Shown piece after piece: positions 51,863 to 61,459 of a DNA stretch of 64,000 bases (its first letter is position 1; every line of letters begins with the position of its first letter). A program made the position numbers and the translations under genes. Origin of the DNA: Candidatus Poribacteria bacterium. GTDB lineage: Bacteria; Poribacteria; WGA-4E; WGA-3G. The notes beneath the pieces are model-generated. The model was not told the origin of the DNA and searched no databases. It saw only the letters and a list, made by a program, of their open reading frames with translations. The stretch covers positions 128,001 to 192,000 of the forward strand of contig CAXXLX010000002.1 in NCBI GenBank assembly GCA_963665235.2, in the 5' to 3' direction.

Positions 51863-52655
51863 TAATCAACTTACCATCTACGTAGAACCGGACCTTTTTT
51901 GCGTCCTGGTCTCGAACACCAGCGAGGACATGCCATTCGTTATCGTTCAGAAAATCTGCTGAGCTGACCCCGGCACTGTTGGCGCGTCCCTTATCCCGAA
52001 GATTAAACCCCATTCTGCCGCGCGCTGCCGCATTGTCACCGCTGACCGAGAGCATCCATAACGCATCGGTGCCCTGACGATAGTTGCCGACAATTCCATC
52101 GTTCTTTGTCGGCTGATCATCTGTTTTTACCCATGCCTGCACTGTCAATGAATCCCCCGTAGAAAAGGTGATAGAATTTGCCAACGGCACCTCAACAAAG
52201 TCATCTTGACCATCAAACTCCAACGCTTCGCCGTACTTTCCCGGGACAGTCTTTGCGTTGCCGTTAATCGTTCCATCATTGCCCTTTCCAGATTGGTCTT
52301 TCGCGGTATTACCTTGAATAGTGTTCCTGTCGAAACTCAGATATAATACCAATCCATTTGTTGGGTTGGCATCACTCTGCGGTGTGAAGCTAATGGACAT
52401 AGCGATTACTGCGAAAATCACAAATACTCTTTTTATCATAAGAAACTCCTTATCAAATGCTACTGTGGCAGATAGAAAATCTTTCCAGCGGCGCACATTT
52501 TAGTTTGTTTTGATGATAACAGATTTGGGCGAAACTGTCAAGAAAAAAGAAGCACACAATGCCATTGCTCTTAGCCCCATCCAGGCGATATGTTTATAGA
52601 AGAACAACACCCTTTGTACTTATGTCTCACTTTATCGTGTAGGCAGCCCAACACA

Positions 52656-53331
52656 TTACCACTCTATATCCTCCATGGATTGCACCTCTAACGCCTGTGT
52701 GTGGATTGAATCTAGACGTTGGAGACTGTGCATTCTGCCGATTTTACGGGTGAGGGTATCCGGAACATCGCCAAAACGGAAATGTAGCTCATTGGCGATT
52801 AGCAAATGGCGATTAGCAATTAGCAAGAGGTTTGTGATTCTAAGAACATATCCGAAGCGTGTCAGAGACCTCTTTCTCTTGCCAACAGCCAACAGCCAAC
52901 AGCCATAAGCCAATTTAGCAAATGGCAATTAGCGATTAGCAATTAGCAAGAGGTTTATGATTCTAAACACATATCTGAAGCGCGTCAGAGACCTCTTTCT
53001 CTTGCCAATAGCCATAAGCCAATAGCCATAAGCCAATAACCATAAGAATATGGATTATGACTTCATCGGTTTTATCTGCTGTTTGAAAAGGCGCGCGATA
53101 CAAAATATCCGCTTCGCGTTCCCGTAAGTCTCTCGGAATGAAGCTCGTGCTAAGCCGCTCAAGCCCGCTAAAGTTGATACGTGGGGCAAGGTCGGGGGCA
53201 GCAATCTCTACCAACCCCTGGACGTTTTCCGGTCTTTGAAACAACAGACGCAGGCTTCTGTCTGAAAAGTGTGCAACCTTTCCGCCAAGTAAATCATTGA
53301 GACCGTTCGTCTCTTTCGTTTCCTCTGCCAT
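52656..53331 (-). pseudogene. Rpn-family PD-(D/E)XK nuclease/putative transposase, middle replaced by repeats
   Basis: N-terminal DRSLRLLF...READILY...IIHIL and C-terminal RFGDVPDTL...; 52793-53045 holds two repeat units. Confidence 0.8.
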
Positions 53332-53890
53332 TTTCCTTCTCAGTTCTTTTGGAATTAAACAGTATCGTCAAGTAAAACAGACAAGTTTAGTATAACACAA
53401 TTTGGCGATTAGCAATTAGCAAGAGGTTTGTGATTCTAAACACATATCTGAAGCGCGGCAGAGGCCTCTTTCTCTGGTTTCCAATAGTTTCCAATAGCTA
53501 ACAGCCATCTTCGGATTTTACGCCGTTCAATCTAATACCATTTTTATTAATTATTCTACCATTACCAGTTGTTAGAAATGAAACGGAGAACGGCACAAAC
53601 TGGAAGTTTATGCTACAAGAAAGAGACATTTTCAATTAGAAATGGTATAACATACAAGCACAGTGCGTTAAAACAGACAAGTTTAGTATAACACAATTTG
53701 GCGATTAGCGATTGGCAAATAGCAATTAGCAAGAGGTTTATGATTCTAAGCACATATCTCACGCGCGTCAGAGCTCTCTAGCCAATAACCAACAGCAATT
53801 GTCGGATTGGACTCCGTTCAATCCGACATACAAGGACAGCTAGGTAGCACAGTGCGTTAAAACAGACAAGTTTAGTATAACACAATTTGA
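52793..53890. repeat. Four copies of a heptamer-armed repeat plus three copies of aaaacagacaagtttagtataacacaa
   Basis: (tagcaat)n-agaggttt.tgattctaa...-(agccaat/c)n at ~52793, 52923, 53403 and 53699. Confidence 0.85.
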
Positions 53891-54029
53891 CAACACATGG
53901 CAAACTTTTTTTGCTGAGTGCTTGCGAAAATTTTTACTTGACTGCCATTGCAAAATTATGCTAAACTTTAATCAAGAAGATACCTCACAGTTTTTCAACC
54001 GAAATCCAACTTAGCGGAGCCGCTCTATT

Positions 54030-54367
54030 ATGCCCACACTTGACTTCAAAGGAAAACAGCACATCTACGCGCATCACCTCACCGTCCCCTACCGGCCCCT
54101 CGAACCTGACGAAACCCGTTCCTGCAACCCGACCGATACAGACGATAACCTTATCATTCACGGTGACAATCTACATGCGCTCAAAGCATTACTCCCGCGT
54201 TATGCAAACCGTATTAAGTGCATCTACATCGACCCACCCTATAACACCGGCAACGAGGGATGGGTCTATAATGACAACGTCAACAGCCCACTGATGCAGC
54301 AATGGCTTACGGAGAACGCACCCGTTGACAACGAAGACATGGAACGGCATGAAAAATGGCTTTGCAT
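54030..54367 (+). pseudogene. Type III R-M Mod methyltransferase, N-terminal fragment
   Basis: NLIIHGDNLHALKAL, CIYIDPPYNTG, RHEKWLC, then loss of homology. Confidence 0.88.
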
Positions 54368-54970
54368 AGTGAAGTGGAACAGCAGGCAGAACGGGTCTTT
54401 CGGAGAAAACTGGAGCAGGGGGTAATCCGTTTCGACTTAGAAACGCAGGAACCTAACTACCAGATGGTAGACAGCTATGAGATACAGGTGCATCCCAATG
54501 ACAGACAACTCGAAAGGTATGGAAACCCCGTACAGCTTAGTCTGTTTGAGAAGGTATTTGACCAACAATTTGATAACGAATTGGAAAAGAAATTTGCGTA
54601 CTATCTTGATGAGGAGAAAGCATTGCAATGGTGGTATCGGGTCGCCGCGCGTCAACGTGGTGAGTACTACGTGCAGGGATGGAAACAGGGACGTATTTAT
54701 CCCGACTTCGTTGCAATGACGCGAGAGATTGTTGGCACAACGCGCGTCCTGATTTTTGAAACGAAAGGAGAACATCTCGGCGGCAACCCTGATACTGAGT
54801 ACAAGCAGAAAGTGTTGGAAACCCTTGAGGGCGCGTTTAATACCGCCGGGAGGATGGTAATCCGGGACGGACCTAGACGGCAAGGCATCTTTGAACTAGT
54901 ATTCAACGAGCAGCAATTTCTAGAAATCTCTGCCCGGTTGAATGCAGATGGCTACTCTGTGGAAGGTTAG
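54365..54970 (+). pseudogene. Type III R-M Res subunit, C-terminal nuclease fragment
   Basis: WWYR, IYPDF...FETKG...DTEYK PD-(D/E)XK region; no helicase domain. Confidence 0.82.
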
Positions 54971-55152
54971 CGTTCAGCACCGTTTTCTGCCCAAGGAAAT
55001 GTCCAAGACACAAAATCATTTTCCGTGTCCTCTGTGTCCTCCGTGCCTTCCGCGATTTGCGGCGTACTCGCCCAAATGCGACGTGCATTCTGACAACACA
55101 CGCGAAATCCACTCTTCCACTCTTCCATCCTTCCCGCTATCATAGTACAAAA

Positions 55153-55304
55153 ACGTGAGCTTGATAATAAATATCCGTTTGCTCTAAACCTTTTTCATCG
55201 CGAAAAAAGCGGAATAATTGTAGCATAAACTTCCTAGTTTGTGCAGTTTTTTGCTAAAACTACCAGAGAACGCTCTAGGTCAAAACTTTTTTTCAAACTC
55301 GCGT
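55153..55304. mobile_element. MITE copy 3
   Basis: Same TIRs; tacaaaa duplicated; carries a gtagcataaact-type REP. Confidence 0.8.
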
Positions 55305-55433
55305 TACAAAAACTTTACGCACCCTATTGACAACAACGTTCAAATAGAGTATCATGAGAGTAATACAAATTTCTGAAACAGCGAAAAACGCTTAGACGTT
55401 TTTCGTACCTATTGAAAGCGAAAGGATACACCC

Positions 55434-56264
55434 ATGGCTATTACGGATGCAATGCCGGAACTCAAGCGTAAACTTCAATTCTTCCCGGTTCAAAACGAAA
55501 ATCCTGCAACGTTAACGTCTGCACAAATCCAACACTTCAACGAGAACGGTTTTATCTGTCCCTTAGATGTCTTTTCTGAAACCGAAATCTCGGAACACCG
55601 CGCCTATTTCGACCAGCTCATGGAGAAAGCGATGGCAGCCGGATGGAACAGTTATTCCATCAACGGATGGCAAACCCACTGCACCGGCATCTACGCCCTC
55701 ATTCACGAAGATAGGATATTGGATTACGTGCAAGACCTGCTCGGCGAAACCCTTATCTGCTGGGCAACCCATTACTTCTGCAAACTCCCCGGTGAGGAAC
55801 AGCAGGTCAGCTGGCATCAGGATGCCTCTTACTGGCCCCTCTCACCGAGCAAAACCGTCACCGTCTGGCTTGCAATTGATGACGCATCGGTTGAAAACGG
55901 GGCGATGACCGTTATTCCCAAATCACATCTGCACGGGCAGATAGCATTTGAACGCAGCACTGCCGAAGAAAAGAACGTGCTAAGCCAGACAGTTCACACC
56001 CCAGAACAGTATGGGGATACCCCTGTCCCGTTCGAAATGAAAGCCGGTCAAATCTCTCTACACTCCGACCTGTTATTGCACGGGTCAGAACCGAATACCT
56101 CCGATCGGCGACGATGTGGATTGACGATGCGATTTGTACCACCAGATGTCCGAGCCGCCAATAGTTGGAATCAACGCGCTATTATTCCAAGAGGCAGCGA
56201 CCCAGATGAACATTGGGTTCACGTCCCACGTCCCGCTGAGGATACCATACCCGAAAGGCGTTGA
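55434..56264 (+). CDS. PhyH family dioxygenase
   Basis: WHQDASYW, WLAIDD, LLHGS..N...RRCG; ttgaca-N17-tatcat upstream. Confidence 0.9.
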   Translation: MAITDAMPELKRKLQFFPVQNENPATLTSAQIQHFNENGFICPLDVFSETEISEHRAYFDQLMEKAMAAGWNSYSINGWQTHCTGIYALIHEDRILDYVQDLLGETLICWATHYFCKLPGEEQQVSWHQDASYWPLSPSKTVTVWLAIDDASVENGAMTVIPKSHLHGQIAFERSTAEEKNVLSQTVHTPEQYGDTPVPFEMKAGQISLHSDLLLHGSEPNTSDRRRCGLTMRFVPPDVRAANSWNQRAIIPRGSDPDEHWVHVPRPAEDTIPERR

Positions 56265-56333
56265 CAACCCGTAGAAAAATAACCGGTACCCTTTACGGAA
56301 TGCCGCTCTCTACAGAAAAGCGAGCACTTTTTC

Positions 56334-57557
56334 ATGTTTCCAAGACGTATCATTTTCGCCGCCATTGCAATCTCCGCCGCCGCAAGTTGTCTGCTGTGCG
56401 GTTACGAGTTCATCCGGGCTGTCTCCAATTCTATATTCATTACGTACTACACCTCGGAGAATCTGCCACGCGTTATGGTAGCAGTCCCCCCGGGCGTTCT
56501 TTTGATTCTCTATATTTACGGTCGTCTACTTTCGCGGGTAGGAGCGACACGGACCCTCGTAATCACCTCTATCCTATCCGCTGTGTTAATCTTTGTGTGC
56601 TATTTGGGACTTTCAAGGGGTCTGCGTTTCGCTGCTGCAATTATTTATGTTTTTCGTGAGGCGTATATTGTGCTGATTCTTGAACAATTTTGGTCGTTCG
56701 TCAATAGCACGCTCACATCTCGGCAGGCAAAAACCATTAACGGTCCCTTTTGTGCGGTTGCCTCGGTCGGTTCGGTTGTAGGCGGTCTACTTGTTAGCAG
56801 ATGGGCGGAACCCTTAGGCACTCAAACTCTACTGTTGTTCACAGCAGGCTCCTTAATACCCGCAGCATTTTTTGGCGTTATCGCTTACAACCTCGCTGGC
56901 GAACCGAAACCGTCTGCCGCTGAAGAAGGAGGAAAACTTGGACATCTCGGTCTCAAAACCTTTTTCCGTTCCAGATATCTTCTTTTTATCGCACTGCTTA
57001 TCTTAAGCACCCAAGCCATGTCAACTGTCCTGGATCTTCGATTCAATGGGCTGGTCGAAGGGCAAATAGCTGAAGAAGACACGCGGACCGCGTATTACGG
57101 TAATTTTTATGCGGCACTCGGTGCAATCTCCGCTATTCTGCAACTCATTGTTGTGCCGCTCGCGCTTCGATTTATCTCCATACGAATTATACATATCGGG
57201 ATACCGGTAGTCCATCTGCTCAGTGGACTTTTTCTCACACTTAAGCCTTCGCTCCGTGCTGGCGCGTCCGCGTATCTAACGTTCAAAGCCCTTGACTATT
57301 CGCTCTTTCGTGCGGCAAAAGAATTATTTTACATGCCGCTTTCCTACGATGAAAGATACCGGGCAAAACAGATTATCGATTCGTTCGTATACCGATTCGC
57401 CAAAGGCGGCAGTGCAGGGGTCATTGTATTGATAAAGCTAGGCGTAAAAACAGTTCCCGGCGCAGCGTTCTCCATTACAGCAATGGTGCTAGCAGGTTTA
57501 TGGGGCGGAATCGTTTCCAATCTAACATCACGTTATCAAAAATTGGAAAAAAACTAA
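56334..57557 (+). CDS. MFS-fold transporter, Npt/TLC (ATP:ADP antiporter)-like
   Basis: Many TM segments; QFWSF, DYSLFRAAKELFY, RYRAKQIID.FVYR. Confidence 0.72.
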   Translation: MFPRRIIFAAIAISAAASCLLCGYEFIRAVSNSIFITYYTSENLPRVMVAVPPGVLLILYIYGRLLSRVGATRTLVITSILSAVLIFVCYLGLSRGLRFAAAIIYVFREAYIVLILEQFWSFVNSTLTSRQAKTINGPFCAVASVGSVVGGLLVSRWAEPLGTQTLLLFTAGSLIPAAFFGVIAYNLAGEPKPSAAEEGGKLGHLGLKTFFRSRYLLFIALLILSTQAMSTVLDLRFNGLVEGQIAEEDTRTAYYGNFYAALGAISAILQLIVVPLALRFISIRIIHIGIPVVHLLSGLFLTLKPSLRAGASAYLTFKALDYSLFRAAKELFYMPLSYDERYRAKQIIDSFVYRFAKGGSAGVIVLIKLGVKTVPGAAFSITAMVLAGLWGGIVSNLTSRYQKLEKN

Positions 57558-57704
57558 AAAAACACTTGACAATAACGTTTGTTTTGTGTAAAATATAATT
57601 AGTAAGAGCTTCTGATGCATTTCAGAGATATAATTAGAATCACAAATTCTTGCCAATTGCCAATTGCTAATAGAGAATTCACGGTGAAAAGGAGGGCGAA
57701 GTTA

Positions 57705-58475
57705 ATGACATATCAAATTTTGACAAACGGACAAACGAAATACGCCTGCTTTGGCATACTCATCTTAATCAGTGCCTTGGTAGCAGGGTGTGCAATCACC
57801 CCGCGGCCCTCTGTGGAAATCTACATAGCACCGATTGAAGGGCACCCGAATGCCAAGGTGAATGCTGAAACAGGGGCTGTAACTGTCCAACAGAAGGGCG
57901 TTGCCGTTACCCTTGAACCCCTCGATGAGGTAGAGCTATTCGCGCTCACCGATAACCCGCGCATGAACCCCTATCTTTTTGTCAGGGGAAATGGGGCTGT
58001 TGAGCCTATCTACACCGTTTTTGAAGTGACAGTCCATAATTTGGACACCCCACGGGTCTTAGCCGATGATGCCGCGGTGCTCATCGATGCGAACGGGGCA
58101 CAATACGGAAACCTACCGTACGATTACTTCGAAGCCCTCTACGATAATCTAGAATCCCCTCAGCACCCTTCCACTACAATAGCACCTTATCCGAATTACT
58201 ATCCTACCTTCCAAAGATATTATCCTTACTATCAAACGTACCTGGATGTCGCAGCTTTGGAGGTAGGCCGGGACGTAGTGCAAGCGAGTCTCTTTACGAG
58301 TGGGAAGTTGTTCCCGGGGGCAAAACGGCGGGGGCTCTTAATCTTCGACCGGCTTAACATGGACGCGACGGAGCTCAAGGTTATTTTACCCGAAATCCGC
58401 ATCGTCCGTTCAAATGGGAAGCAAGATAAATTGACGTTTAAATTTGACTTTAGGCAAGTCATTGTTGAAAAATAG
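57705..58475 (+). CDS. Hypothetical lipoprotein
   Basis: VAGC lipobox; RBS aggagg; start uncertain. Confidence 0.6.
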   Translation: MTYQILTNGQTKYACFGILILISALVAGCAITPRPSVEIYIAPIEGHPNAKVNAETGAVTVQQKGVAVTLEPLDEVELFALTDNPRMNPYLFVRGNGAVEPIYTVFEVTVHNLDTPRVLADDAAVLIDANGAQYGNLPYDYFEALYDNLESPQHPSTTIAPYPNYYPTFQRYYPYYQTYLDVAALEVGRDVVQASLFTSGKLFPGAKRRGLLIFDRLNMDATELKVILPEIRIVRSNGKQDKLTFKFDFRQVIVEK

Positions 58476-58510
58476 TGCGAACCTTAGATAATAAAGGGAG
58501 GATGTGTAAA

Positions 58511-59668
58511 ATGAGAAATGGGTTTATAGGATTGTTGCTAATATTAATAGGGTTTTTACCCATATTGGGATGTCAGCAAGAGTTAAAAGTTGCTGTCGCG
58601 GGCCCCTTTACCGGCAATTCCGCTGCATTCGGAGAGATGATTCAGCGCGGTGCCGAGCTAAAGGCGAAAGAGATTAATGCCGCTGGCGGGATTCAGGGAA
58701 TAAAACTAGAACTTGTCTTTAAAGATGACGAAGGCAGGTCCACGGTGGCTGGCAATGTTGCAACTGACATCGCCACTAATCCTCAATTCCTTGCCGTTGT
58801 CGGGCATTTTAACAGTGCATGCTCTTTGGCGGGTAAACCAATTTATATGCGGAACGGTATTGTCGAATTATCCCCAGGCTCAACAAATGTGACCGTCTGT
58901 GAAGGAAGTGATTGGACATTCCGGAATTTGTACCGAGACGATTTTCAGGGGCAATTTATTGCCAGATATCTCAAAAAGTTTTTTCCAGACAAACAAAACG
59001 TCGCTGTTCTGTTCGAAAACGATGATTACGGCAGAGGACTCAAAAACTCGTTTACTGCCGAAGCGGAAGCAATAGGACTCAACATGGTTGCCTCCAAGGC
59101 TTATGACCGCGATAATACCGATTTTAAAACACAACTCACCAGCATTAAGGGGGAAAACCCCGATGTTATCTTTATCTCAGGCCTCTATAGCCAAGCAGCA
59201 TTAATCGTTAAGCAGGCTCGGGAGGTTGGTATTAAAGCGATGTTTTTCGGAGCAGATGGCGTAGACTCAGAAGATTTTATCAAAAATGCAGAGGGGGCCG
59301 CAGAGGGAACTTACATCACAACGCCTTTCACCTTCGGTGCCGGTGGAGAAGAGGCACAGAAAGTTGCACAGGCTTTTGAAGCCGAATACGGAAGAGCTCC
59401 CGACACCTGGGCCGCCCTCTCTTACGATGCTGTTGGCATGATTGCCGAAGCTCTTGAAAAGACATACAACCAAGACGCAACGACCGCCGAAAATAGAGAA
59501 GCCATCAGAGACCATCTCGCATCCCTCGACACGCCTGAAGAAGGATACCAAGGTATTACGGGATTAACCTATTTTGACAGAAACGGGGATACTGTTGACA
59601 AACCCGCCTACGTCAAAATTGTCAAGGATGGCAAATTTACGGCCGCACCGCAGCAATACGGTGAATAA
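58511..59668 (+). CDS. Branched-chain amino acid ABC transporter substrate-binding lipoprotein (LivJ/K-like)
   Basis: GPFTG, INAAGG, VVGHFNS, DDYG.GL, YDAV; start uncertain. Confidence 0.9.
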   Translation: MRNGFIGLLLILIGFLPILGCQQELKVAVAGPFTGNSAAFGEMIQRGAELKAKEINAAGGIQGIKLELVFKDDEGRSTVAGNVATDIATNPQFLAVVGHFNSACSLAGKPIYMRNGIVELSPGSTNVTVCEGSDWTFRNLYRDDFQGQFIARYLKKFFPDKQNVAVLFENDDYGRGLKNSFTAEAEAIGLNMVASKAYDRDNTDFKTQLTSIKGENPDVIFISGLYSQAALIVKQAREVGIKAMFFGADGVDSEDFIKNAEGAAEGTYITTPFTFGAGGEEAQKVAQAFEAEYGRAPDTWAALSYDAVGMIAEALEKTYNQDATTAENREAIRDHLASLDTPEEGYQGITGLTYFDRNGDTVDKPAYVKIVKDGKFTAAPQQYGE

Positions 59669-59690
59669 CTGGGGACGTGCCAAACTACGG

Positions 59691-59730
59691 AAATAGCATA
59701 TCGGTCACCCCGGCTACGATATGCTATTTT
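59691..59730 (+). terminator. Probable intrinsic terminator hairpin
   Basis: aaatagcatatcg...cgatatgctatttt after the stop at 59668. Confidence 0.6.
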
Positions 59731-60379
59731 CACCTAAGTTGCCACCTTTGTAGCATAATCTTCCAGATTGTGCACATAGTAGCATAATCTTCATGAAGAT
59801 TAATTTATTAATTCGGTAATAATCCGACATAGCGTAGCAATGCTTGTGAGCCGCCTCTAAACTGTGTCATAAAGTCAAGCACCTTGTCTTTGAGGGTCTC
59901 CCAGATTGTGCATAACATGCACTATTTCAATCGGGAGTTTTGTACCGATTTTCTCGGAAAGTTTTCCGGTCCAATTCGGCGGGGTCATAATCTTCCAGAT
60001 TGTGCACATAGTAGCATAATCTTCCAGATTGTGCACATAGTAGCATAATCTTCCAGATTGTGCACATAGTAGCATAATCTCGCTTCTTTAGCAGCCCTTT
60101 CTTTGTGTGGAGAAGTTTCGAAGATAAGCGGGTTCCCCTGTATCGCGGAGTTCAATCAGTCTTTGGCGTTCATCTTTACTGAGTTCAAGATTGTGCACAT
60201 AGTAGCATAATCTTCCAGATTGTGCACATAGTAGCATAATCTTCCAGATTGTGCACATAGTAGCATAATCTTCCAGATTGTGCACATAGTAGCATAATCT
60301 TCCAGATTGTGCATATTTGTGTGCAAACCGGAAGGGAACGGGACAAAGTCTAAAAACTTATAAGTAGCAAATTGGGTTA
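59731..60379 (-). mobile_element. Decayed IS-like element filled with 29-bp REP tandems
   Basis: Ends cacctaagttgccac / gtagcaaattgggtta; about nine copies of gtagcataatcttccagattgtgcacata; HTH-like fragment LELSKDERQRLIELRDTG. Confidence 0.65.
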
Positions 60380-60542
60380 TGTAGCATAATCTGCCAGAAT
60401 TAGCATAAGGTGATTAGCAAATAGCAAGACAAAGAAAGATAAGACGCGCGTCAAAGATATTGTCCGCGTCAGAGACTTCTGGTCTCCAACAGTTTCCAAC
60501 GGTTTCCAATAGCCAACAACCATTGAAGGATAAGCGTGAATT

Positions 60543-61442
60543 ATGGGGTCAGAACTTTTAGAACAAATTATTAACGGGTTAGTGCAGGGGGGCATTTATG
60601 CCCTTATCGCTGTCGGTTACACGATGGTCTACGGGATTATCCAGTTGATTAATTTCGCCCATGGTGAAATCTTCATGCTCGGTGCCTACTTTGCACTAAT
60701 CCTTGTGACGTTTTTCGCTCTTCCTTTTTGGGTGGCCATACCGGTTAGCATGACTTTATGTGCCGGAATCGGTATATTAATGGATGTTATTGCCTATCGA
60801 CCGCTACGGAATGCCCCCCGATTGTCCGCCCTAATTACGGCTATAGGGCTGTCAATCGGAATGCAGAACCTCGTGCGGATGATAGGGACCGCGAGGCATC
60901 GGACCTTTCCGCGGGAATCCCTCCCCTCTATTTTTTTGAGTGAAAACGCCCTTTCCCTTCCAGGGGGCGCCGACTTACCTTACCGTGATGTCGTTATCAT
61001 TCTGCTCGCTATTCTACTCATGGTCGGTTTAAACCTGCTGGTTCACTTCACTAAAACAGGGAAAGCGATGCGTGCTTGTGCACAAAACAAAGTCGCTTCC
61101 AATCTCATGGGTATCAAGACGAATCAGGTCATAGCCGTAACGTTTGCAATCGGGTCCGCGCTAGGCGCGGTGGCTGGTATAATGGTGGGACTACGCGAGA
61201 CTATCGAACCGATGATGGGGTACTATAAGGGGGTTGCCGCATTTGCTGCGGCGGTCCTCGGTGGAATTGGAAGTATCACAGGCGCAATCCTCGGCGGTGT
61301 CTTGATAGGACTTGCTGAAGCACTCGGCGCAGGTTATATATCTTCGGGATACCGGATAGCTATCGCCTATATCATCATGATAGTTGTCATTTTGATACGT
61401 CCCTCAGGAATAATCGGAAAATCAACCGCATCTCGTGCCTAG
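60543..61442 (+). CDS. livH: Branched-chain amino acid ABC permease
   Basis: YALIAVGYTMVYG..LINFAHGE; AAVLGGIGS. Confidence 0.92.
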   Translation: MGSELLEQIINGLVQGGIYALIAVGYTMVYGIIQLINFAHGEIFMLGAYFALILVTFFALPFWVAIPVSMTLCAGIGILMDVIAYRPLRNAPRLSALITAIGLSIGMQNLVRMIGTARHRTFPRESLPSIFLSENALSLPGGADLPYRDVVIILLAILLMVGLNLLVHFTKTGKAMRACAQNKVASNLMGIKTNQVIAVTFAIGSALGAVAGIMVGLRETIEPMMGYYKGVAAFAAAVLGGIGSITGAILGGVLIGLAEALGAGYISSGYRIAIAYIIMIVVILIRPSGIIGKSTASRA

Positions 61443-61459
61443 TCTGTTCAGGTGTTCTT

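Larger units (their letters stand above)
50381..52439 (-). pseudogene. Secreted LamG protein interrupted by the IsrB element
   Basis: 5' part ends FYVDGKLI and the 3' part resumes EVDDKTQD...GLIDEVKVWNRPL...KLTTTWG; in frame once 50602-51862 is removed. Confidence 0.9.

Noticed and set aside
54533-54547. QLSLF clamp-binding motif in the Res fragment
   Set aside because: Internal to a presumably folded nuclease region of a pseudogene; cannot be distinguished from chance.
59750-60313. 29-bp repeats with intervening unique DNA as a CRISPR-like array
   Set aside because: Mostly head-to-tail copies with irregular long inserts; the unit is a GTAG-REP hairpin.
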